DNA of 64,000 nucleotides from contig MCFH01000021.1 in assembly GCA_002104945.1 (NCBI GenBank), positions 620,001 to 684,000 of the forward strand, in the 5' to 3' direction. This stretch comes from Piromyces finnis finn (lineage: Eukaryota > Fungi > Neocallimastigomycota). Each line of letters begins with the position of its first letter. The first letter of the stretch is position 1. The notes under the pieces were generated by a model. It did no database searches, was not told the DNA's origin, and worked only from the letters and a program-made list of their open reading frames with translations. A program made the position numbers and the translations under genes. Below, piece after piece: positions 11,285-21,457 of this stretch.

Positions 11285-13807
11285 ATCCCTCTTGGGAACG
11301 TGCCTTCATTTATTTAATAAATGTAGTTTCTCAAGGGGGTCTACTCATGCTCATGGTACTGAGAGAGTAGAAAGAATTAAATCCAAGCATTGCGCAATGG
11401 ATGCTTGGTGCCCTCTTAGGAACGTGCCTTCATTTATTTATTAATGGAGTTTATCAAGGGGGTCTACTCATGCTCATGGTACTGAGAGTATCTGGGATGG
11501 AGACTTTCCCAACTCATGGAATGAATCCAGTATTGTTTCTATTCCTAAGAAGGGAGATTTGACAGATTGTGATAACTATCGAGGTATATCACTTATCAAT
11601 AATGGTATTAAGTTGATTTCCAAAATTGTCACCACTAGAATCTCAGAATATGGTTTAAAGAATAATTTCATTAGACCTGAACAATTTGGTTTTCGAAAAA
11701 AGGAAGAAAGTATCAGTCTTTTCATTTAAATCCAAGAAATATGCCGTAGACGTCAATTAGATAATAAAGAGACATATTTGGCCTTTTTAGATCTCAGGAA
11801 AGCATACGATTCAGTCCCAATCGGTAATATTATCCATAAATTAGATTGTTTAGGAATCCGAGGTAAGAGTTTACAATTCATCAAAAATTTATATTTAACA
11901 TCTAAGGCTAATGTCAAATTAGATGGACAATTCTCGAAATCTTTTGATGTGAAGAAAGGAGTCCGTCAAGGATGCCCTCTTTCTCCTATTCTCTTTAATC
12001 TCTTTATTAATGATATATTTAGAGAGTGCGAAGATCTTGGAGTCAGTTTAGGTGACACTCGATGCTGTGGTGGACTTTTTGCAGATGATATAGTTATTTG
12101 TGCTCCAACAAGAGGATGCTTAAAAAAGATGCTAAGAAGAGTTAATGAATGGGCCTTGTATAATGAAATGGAATTTGGTATCCAGAAATGTTCAACGATG
12201 GTGATTCGTCCTGAATCAATAGAAAATCAGATCAAGAGAGATCCAACATTTTACTTAGCAGGACAACCCATTCCAACTACTGATTGTTATACTTATCTTG
12301 GTGTTCCATTTGATAAGAATTTGTCCCTTAAACCAGTAATTAAAGTTCTTAATAACAAGGTTTTGAAAGGACTTTTTTCAGTCAGTAAATTCTTAAGAAA
12401 TCCTAATATTCCTATTCCCTTCAAAAAGCTAGTACTTAACTCACAAGTGATTAGCAGAGTTTCATACTTTGCACCATTACTTGGATCCAACAAAGCTAGG
12501 TCTAGGATTGCTCAGAAGCATGTTAACAAAGGAATACGATGGGTTGCCGGAGTTCATAAAGCTGTATCGTTTATATCTTTATACTCTATCTCAAAAGATT
12601 TGAATATTCCTCCATTGTCAGCCAAATGTGCATTAGCTCAGGTTAGATGTTTTAACAAATGGAAAAACTCAAATTGTATTATCTCACACCTTGTCAATTA
12701 CATTCCTAAATTTAGAAAATACACGTGGTGCAAATCAAGTAGGACACTTGATAAAAAATTAAAGAAACATGGAGATGTTAAAGCAGTTAAAAACTTTTAT
12801 TGGAAAGATCTCAAAGGGAATTCAATCAAAGCGCAATATTATGATGATAATAAGTTTATTGAAACTAAAGATTTTATTAAATTATGTTATGAGTACCCAG
12901 AGTTTGCCTATGGCTTCTACTGGCTATTGAAAGCAAGAAGCGGATACAAGTTGGATGCTAGAGTTGCCAAAGCTGCTAAATTTGTTGATCCAGTTTGTCC
13001 TAACTACTGTCCATGTTGCAAGTGTGGAGATCAAAGTATTAAACATTGGTTATTAGATTGTCCAACATTTAGAGATATCCGTATTAAACATTATATAGTA
13101 ATTGTAATAATATTAATAATATTAATAATAACAATAGTAATAATAACAATAGTAGTAATAGAAATAATAATATTAGTAATGATAGCAATAGTGAAGATAA
13201 TAATTCTAATTTAGTTAATAATAGTAATAGTTCTAATAATCCGGTGAATATTAATGTGTATGATTATTCTAGTGTGTGCAATAAGATATTTAAATTCCTT
13301 CTTGGGGGAAGAAGTTTTAACAACATCAATTACAATTCAAGGGAATGGAAAGAGCTTTGCAAGTGACAGATTCAATCGGGCACTAACGAAGGAACTCCAT
13401 TCTTGACGGTAACAACGGAACTTCTAACCAAAATCATGCCTTTTGCTATTGGCCAGCAATGGTCAATGTTCATAAGGTTTGAAACAACATCCAAGAGTGT
13501 CAATGCTGAAGAAACAGTAAGACAGGCCAGGAGGGCCAGCGCAACCAATGGAGATCATAATTTTGTCCCATGATAAAATTTTGATCTTTGGCTCGGTGTC
13601 CCATTGGAAGTCAAATACAATTATTATACTTTAGTATGATAGTGGCTTTCTTACTTTAATTAAAATTACTAGAATACATTATACCCAATTTTTATTCATT
13701 TGTGTTTATTTAAACATATTTTTTTTATTTTTATTTATTTTTAATTTTTTATTACATGTATTATAATTTTAATTAAATTAATAATAAAGTTTAAAATATT
13801 TGATGCC

Positions 13808-13857
<50 letters not shown>
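11285..13857 (+). mobile_element. LINE family 1 copy B: intact 5' end, about 3-kb internal deletion, nonsense and frameshift lesions
   Basis: Starts ATCCCTCTTGGG. 5' monomers join RT sequence at about 11488-11490. TCA>TAA near 11727. A47 tail at 13811-13857. TSD AGGCCAGGAGGGT at 11272-11284 and 13857-13869. Confidence 0.92.
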
Positions 13858-13860
<3 letters not shown>

Positions 13861-14140
13861 CAGGAGGGTCAGCGCAATCAATGGAGATCATAATTTTGTT
13901 CCATGACAAAATTTTGATCTTTGGCTCGGTGTCCCATTGGAAGTCAAATACAATTATTATACTTTAGTATGATAGTGGCTTTCTTACTTTAATTAAAATT
14001 ACTAGAATACATTATACCCAATTTTTATTCATTTGTGTTTATTTAAACATATTTTTTTTATTTTTATTTATTTTTAATTTTTTATTACATGTATTATAAT
14101 TATAATTAAATTAATAATAAAGTTTAAAATATTTGATGCC

Positions 14141-14175
<35 letters not shown>
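13858..14175 (+). mobile_element. Short 318-bp LINE 3'-end unit (B') with A32 tail, tandem with 14176-14447
   Basis: ORF end, 3' UTR and poly(A) 14144-14175, followed again by GGCCAGGAGGGT at 14176. Confidence 0.88.
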
Positions 14176-14177
<2 letters not shown>

Positions 14178-14447
14178 CAGGAGGGTCAGCGCAATCAATG
14201 GAGATCATAATTTTGTTCCATGACAAAATTTTGATCTTTGGCTCGGTGTCCCATTGGAAGTCAAATACAATTATTATACTTTAGTATAATAGTGGCTTTC
14301 TTACTTTAATTAAAATGACTCGAATACATTATACCCAATTTTTATTCATTTGTGTTTATTTTTGATTTTTGATTTTTGATTTTTTATATTACATGTATTA
14401 TAATTTTAATTAAATTAATAATAAAGTTTAATGCCGTTAAAAAAAAA
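14176..14447 (+). mobile_element. Right part (3' end) of the older LINE copy T
   Basis: Older 3' UTR variant (ATGACTCGAATAC, GATTTTT repeats), A9 tail, then the 17-bp TSD. Confidence 0.85.
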
Positions 14448-14553
14448 TGATAGTAATAATATTAATAGTGACAATAGTAATAATAATATTAATATTTAAT
14501 AATTTTAATAATAGTAGTAATATTTACAAGTGATCAGCAGAGTTTCATACTTT

Positions 14554-16391
14554 TTAATATCCTTACAAAGTTATATAAATTAGGTATACGTGGTAAGTGT
14601 TTTGATTTTCTCAATAATCTCTACTCTACCTCAAAAGCTCGTGAACGTTTCTTGGATATGCTTTCTAATGAATTCCCTATCAATCGTGGTGTAAGACAAG
14701 GATATCCTCTTTCTCCTATTCTATTTAATCTCTTCATCAATGATATTTAAATAAATGTGAAAGGCTTGGAGTTAGCTTAGGAAATAAACGTTGCTGTAGT
14801 GGCCTTTTCGCTGATGATATTGTTCTGATTGCTCCTAGCAAGAAGAACCTTCAAAATATGCTCAATCTAGTCCTTGATTGGGCTAATTTAAATGAAATGT
14901 CTTTTGGAATAAATGTGCAACTATTGTTATTAAACCTATCAACTTTAATAGATCCCCTAGTTATGTCGACCCAACATTTTACATCGGTATGTACTCGATT
15001 CCAAAGGTTTCTTGCTATACTTATCTTGGAATCTCATTCGACGAAGATCTCTCTCTGACACCTATTCTGTCTAATATGTACAAAAAAGTTCAGAAATCTT
15101 TATTCTCTTTTAAGAGCTTCCTCACTAACAATTGTGTTCCTATTGGCTTAAAAAATATAGTAATTAATTCCTATATTTTAAGCAAAGTCTCTTATTATGT
15201 TTCTTTACTTGGTTCCAACAAAAATAGAACTAGAAGAGTCCAATCTCTTATCAATATTGCTGTTTTATGGAGTGTCAATAGCTTTCACAATAAAAGTCTT
15301 AATAACAAGATTTTGTTTTTGAACGAAATTCATTTATTAGTCTGTATGATCTTACAAGAGATATGAAGATTCCTTTGCTAAATAATGGAAGTAAAGCCTT
15401 CAGATATACTAACAACAAATTCCTTAATTCAAATCGCCTAATGCCTATCGGTCTCAACAAACCTCACTTAAATTTAGGAATTACCTGGATTATTCGTATT
15501 CGATGCGGTTATGAATACACTACCCGAATTGCTATTGCCAGTAATAGAGTTACTCCTGACTGCCCTTGTGTCTGTTCATGTTACGGATATGACGAACAAT
15601 CTATTTACCATTGGATATTAGAATGTTCTGTATTCTCTGAATACAGAACTTCTTCACTTAGCTTTCTTGACGATCTTTTTACCCTTTTTTACAATAAATA
15701 TAAGAATCAATTCATCACATACTTAATCCCTAAAATGGAAGTAAGAAAAATAATTTATAACTATGTTTTTACGTTCCTTCTTGGTGGAACTTTAGCTTAT
15801 GATGAGCTACAAATCGATAAGGCGGAACAAAGATATTTGAATGAACAGCTTTACAGTTCATCGGGGTCTCATGTTCCATATGTAGAGGGTCTCGCGGCTT
15901 TTTTTACTAAAACAATCCCTATCATCAGTAGCTCTATGAGGCTACTTTTTGATAGGTTTAGTAAGACACCTAACGTAATCAAGAGCGCCGACGTCGTACC
16001 GAAATGGCAAAAGAACATTCTCAGTGTTCCGTACACAGGGTTCAATGTTAGTATTTCTTCGAGTGAAAACATTATGAACTCATGGGAGAGTTTAGTGGAC
16101 ACCACACTATCATACCTGATGTTACTTCTTTTTTTTTTTATTTCATTTAATTTATTAGGTAGGGACCAATCCCACACAGTACAAATTGCAGAGTTCATTG
16201 AATTTTAATGCAACTTAAATAATTATTTTATATTATTTTATATTTATATTTTTATTTATATATATTTTATTATTTTTATTTATTATTTATTATATCAATA
16301 TGTATTATCACCTAATATTATGTAATATCACAAATTAATTAAATAAATAAAAGATGTGTATTCTCTTCCTAGTCTAAAAAAAAAAAAAAAA
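14554..16391 (+). mobile_element. 5'-truncated, frameshifted LINE of a second, divergent family
   Basis: Degenerate RT (KLGIRGKCFDF, GVRQGYPLSPILFNLFINDI, FADDIV, YTYLGISF), CCHC-like CPCVCSCYGYDEQSIYHWILEC, a different 3' UTR and an A16 tail at 16376-16391. Confidence 0.85.
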
Positions 16392-17571
16392 TTTGCACCA
16401 TTACTTGGATTCAACAAATCTAGGCCTAGAATTGCTCAGAAGCATGTTAACAAAGGAATACGGTGGGTTGCCGGAGTTCGCAAAGCTGTATCGTTTATAT
16501 CTCTATACTCCATTTCAAAAGGAAATTCAATCAGCAATATTATGATGATAATAAATTTATTGAAACTAAAGATTTTATTAAATTATGTTATGAGTACCCA
16601 GAGTTTGCCTATGGCTTCTACTGGCTATTGAAAGCAAGAAGCGGATACAAGTTGGATGCTAGAGTTGCAAAAGCTGCTAAATTTGTTGATCCGGTTTGTC
16701 CTAACTACTATCTATGTTGCAAATGTGGTGTTCAAAGTATTAAGCATTGGTTATTAGATTGTCCAACATTTAGAGATATCCGTATTAAACATTACAATTC
16801 CATAGTCCGACTATTAAATTTTATCAGTCAACGTAATTCCAACAGTCCTATCAATAATAACGAAAATGTTAATATAAGGAGAGATAGCAACAATAATAAT
16901 AATAGTAACTATAGTAATGATAGCAATAGTGAAGATAATAATTCTAATTTAGATAGTAATTTAGTTAATAATAGTAATAGTTCTAATAATCCAGTGAATA
17001 TTAATGTGTATGATTATTCTAGTATGTGCAATAAGATATTTAAATTTCTTCTTGGGGGAAAAAGTTTCAACAATACCAATTACAATTCAAGGGAATATGG
17101 AAAGAACTTTGCAAGTGTCAGATTCAATCTGGTACTAATGAAGTAACACCATTCTTGACGGTAACCGCGGAACTTCTAACCAAAATCATGCCTTTTGCTA
17201 TTGGCCAGCAATGGTCAATGTTCAAAAGGTTTGAAGCAACATCCAAGAGCGTCATTGCTGAAGAAACAGTAAGACAGGCCAGGAGGGTCAGCGCAACCAA
17301 TGGTGATCATAATTTTGTTCCATGACAAAATTTTGATCTTTGGCTCGGTGTCCCATTGGAAGTCAAATACAATAATTATACTTTAGTATAATTGTGGCTT
17401 TCATACTTTAATTAAAATGACTCGAATACATTATACCCAATTTTCATTCATTTGTGCTTATTTGAACATATTTTTTTTATTTTTATTTTTAATTTTTTTA
17501 TATAATATGTATTATAGTCTTAATTAAATTAATAATATAGTTTAATAATATTTGATGCCGTTAAAAAAAAA
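16392..17571 (+). mobile_element. Degenerate family-1 LINE 3' portion (copy E); its first 27 bp lie at 14527-14553, split off by the family-2 insertion
   Basis: CAAGTGATCAGCAGAGTTTCATACTTT (14527-14553) continues as TTTGCACCATTAC (16392), as in copy A near 9684-9724. Internal deletion near 16520, CCHC region, 3' UTR and A9 tail. Confidence 0.85.
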
Positions 17572-17619
17572 TCACATTTTTTTTTACTTTTGCATAATAG
17601 TAGCTTTCTTACTTTAATT

Positions 17620-18220
17620 ATCCCCTTGAAAGTGTGTCTTCATTTATTTAATAAATGAAGTTTCTCAAGGGGCTCTGCTCATGCTCATGTTACTGAGCGA
17701 GTAGAAATAAATTCTAAACTTGTTAGTATTTATTTTATATTTAATTTATTTTTAATTAGAATTAATTATCATGTCAGTCCTGTCCTTTATATTAAAGACA
17801 AGAATTATATTAGACGTGGTACCCGCTCTTATAATATTCCCTTGGATAATATTAGCTCCTTCTTTATTCGTGGTATTCGATCATGGTCAGTTAGTAAGCT
17901 ATTCTGAAGGATATATTTATTTGGTTATTAGTGTTAAATATTTTATGAATTTCAATGATCACTTTTTCTTAATCATGATTCATGATTCAAAGAAAGACTG
18001 GAATAAAATCTTACATATCTTAAGTAAGAAATTTTCTATTACTTCAATTTTCTTTCTTTAGCTTGTAGTAAAAGGAATCATAAATACACTTTTTCCTCAT
18101 TCAAACGTAAATTTTTAGTTTCTAATAAACATCAACAATCAGTTAAACTACCTCATCAATATTCATATCACCAATCTAATCAAATTCAACTCCAACAAGA
18201 TCCTCAACAAGATTTGGAAA
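17620..18220 (+). mobile_element. Diverged family-1 LINE 5' fragment (copy D): one monomer, shortened UTR, frameshifted ORF start
   Basis: ATCCCCTTGAAAG...GCTCATGTTACTGAGCGAGTAGA monomer, then TTAATTAGAATTAATTATCATGTCAGTCC and degenerate N-terminal and Gln-rich coding sequence. Confidence 0.85.
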
Positions 18221-19080
18221 CAACAAATTTCTCTTTTATACTAATCATTTAGATAAATGCTTACAAAATGGAATATTTTAAGGTAATTTTTGTTTTACTT
18301 AAAAAACTATTACTATTATTAACATTACTTGTAATTGAAGATGGAGAGGTAGTATCTAAATTTCAAGAAATAGGGTTTTATTGTAGATTCAACATTTATT
18401 TGGTTCTCCCATTTATATTCTTCGTTTTTATAAACCCTTTATTTTTGGTTATTTTTATCCACACTTTAATAATAAATGAATAATTTTTATTAAATGGATC
18501 ATCGTCACTAACCATTTAATAGTATAATAATAATAATTATAAAATGAATAATTTCTAAAAAAATTGACAAACTAAAAAAAATACTTGTTTTTCCTATCTT
18601 TAGTTTTATTAATATTTTGTTGTTTATTATTTTTAAGATAGTAATTTTATCAGAATAGAATCCTATATAAATATTTAATGGAATGCCAATTTTATTACTA
18701 ATTCTTAGTTTAAGCATAGGTAACGAATAAATTATACTATTTTATTATATATTATTCTTATTATTATTATTAAATAACTACTTCGCTTTTTTTTTCTTTA
18801 TTATAGATTGATTTCTTAGAATTAACTGTAAATGATCCCTAACATAAAATATATATTAAAATTACATTCAATAAATAGGCTTAAATTAATAATTATATCT
18901 TTTTCTTATATTATCAAACGAATATATTCATTAAATTTGAAGATAAAATCAATTGAAAATAATTTATCCAATTCATCATCTAAAAACGTAAATCTGAATA
19001 ATTAGTGATGTAGAGTATCATACTACAGTCCGTTATTTGAATTAATTAAATTAAACCTAGAATTACTCAGTAGCAAAAAA

Positions 19081-19560
19081 TAATACAACTTGAATTTTTC
19101 CCATTTGTCGAAACATCTAACCCGAACTATTAATACATTTTGATAATAATAATGAAATATTCAAATACTTCGATATTGAGTGAAAAGACATGAATGAAAT
19201 GATTTTGTATATAACCTGCAATCTACCATACTCCATTACTGTGTATTGAAAATATATACATAATGTAAATTCAGTAAGAATTCTAAATTAATAAATTAAA
19301 GAAACTGGAAAATAATAACAAAACTCAAAAACTTTTATTGAATAGATATCAGAGTGTAATATTATAAAAACAATATAAAGATAATAAAAATCGAAGAAAT
19401 TAAAGATTTATTAAATTACGTTGTATGTCCCTAGGATTATTATACGGTAGGTATTGAAAGCAAAAAGTAGATAATTAGATTAGTGCTAGGATTGTATAAG
19501 CTGCTAAATTAGCTTAGTTTATCCGAATTACTGCCCATGATACAAGAATTCGATATTGAT
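19081..19560. pseudogene. Ancient LINE relic, with an inverted part (about 19081-19250, minus) and a direct part (about 19331-19560, plus)
   Basis: The minus strand resembles copy A 9775-9925 (GGTTAGATGTTTCGACAAATGGGAAAAATTCAAGTTGTATTA). The plus strand resembles copy A 10035-10260 (GAAATTAAAGATTTATTAAATT, GGTATTGAAAGCAAAAAG, AAGCTGCTAAATT). Confidence 0.6.
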
Positions 19561-21401
19561 TAACCAATTCATATTGTAAAATTTTATAAATGTTAAAAAC
19601 TTTGCAATAAATTTCTTTTGGCTAGATATTAAGAAAGACGCTACTATTATATCCAAGTATAAAAGTAGAGTTTTTCTTAATTTTTAATTAGAATATAAAT
19701 ATAAAAATCTTATGTTTATTAAATTTTAATTTATATAAATATTTACTGAAGTTAATATTTATATAAAAATATTTATGTTGCCAATAGAAATATCCCCTAG
19801 ATTTTTTTAAATATTAACTTACTCAATTTGATATATTACCAGTTAACAATAGGAAATATAGAAAACACTATTAAAATAATAATTATAATAATAACAATTA
19901 TTATTACAAACTTTTTGATTTTTAAATTATACCCACAAATATAATGCGGGAGACATTATATTAGGCTATGAAAAAAAGTAATGATATGTATGCATAATTA
20001 GAGACTTTTATTACATGAATAAATTTCTATACATCAAGAAAATGATGTCTATTTATAATCATATTAATTCATGAAAAAGTTATTTATCAAAATCATTTCT
20101 ATATATGTATTATACTTTTTATTATTTGAATAAAAAAATATTATAATTATTATAATTAGTGATAATTATTTATTCATGATTCAAATAGTAAAATTGTATC
20201 ATAAATAGGTTCTGAATATAGGATACTTTTTATTTTATTCATAGATTAAAATAATAAATATTAAAAAACAAACAAAAAAAAATTAAAATTTTCATTAATT
20301 TAATAATAAATAAACTGAATAAGATAATGGCTTAATGTTTGATTCTTAGAAAAGGAATATTAATAAAGAAATAAAAAATATACCATTATATAATGAACTT
20401 TTGATTCCTAATTATATTAATCTATTATCTTTTAAAATTATAGATTATCTGTTAATATTGTATTTTTTTTTTTTAATTTTATAAATTGTTTTAATTATAA
20501 ATTTATATTATTATTCCATTTCAATTACTAGTAGACTTATTATATATACTTTTTTTTTTATCATACGAATTTTTAATAGCAAAAACTTTTAATAATAATT
20601 AAAATTCAAGATTAATAACTAATAAAAATAATTTTATTTATATTATATATTTTTTTTAAAATAATTTATATTAAAATTCAAATACAATAATATACTTTAT
20701 TTTTCAAAAAAAAAAAAAAACCTTTATGTAAGTTACAAAATAATATTGAAACTAAAAATTGGTTATTAAATTTTTAAATATTCATCTTATATTTATACTT
20801 TAAATAAATCTCATACACTTTCATAATGGAATGTATTATCTATTTTTAAGGGTTTTTTTTATTAAATCATAAAATATTAATTAACTTTATTTATAAAGCT
20901 TTTTATTTTTTTACCAACTTTATATACTTGTTTTCTTTAATATTATATAAAACGATCAACATTCTTTAAAACAAATAATATTAGTTTAAATTTTATATAC
21001 AAATTTTAATATTTTAAAATGGAGTTTTTTTTTAATTTCATAAAAAAAATAATTTTTTTAATTTGTGTTACCTTTGTTATTTCAATATTATTGGTTATTA
21101 TTACATTTTTTTTATTAAAAAATTAATTAAAAATAAATTATTTGGAAAATAATTTTTTCCAAATAAAAATTCCACTTTTTTTATTATTATTAAATTTTAA
21201 ATTATATATAATTATACTTTAATTGTTTATACATTGTATTTTATACAATGTATAAAAAAAAACAGTAATGTCTACAACAAAATAGAAGTTTTTATTATAA
21301 TAATTAAATAATTATTATAATTAAAGTAAAATAATAATGTAATTAATAAATAATGATAGATAGTTTCATTTTATAAATAATTCAAGCATTCCTCTTATTG
21401 C

Positions 21402-21457
<56 letters not shown>
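21402..21457. repeat. (TTA)n microsatellite
   Basis: Pure TTA run read directly. Confidence 0.95.

Noticed and set aside
18268-18717. Faint minus-strand RT-like words (LSIFNYK, IGIPLNIY)
   Set aside because: Very short, not collinear with the element, and compatible with chance in AT-rich DNA.
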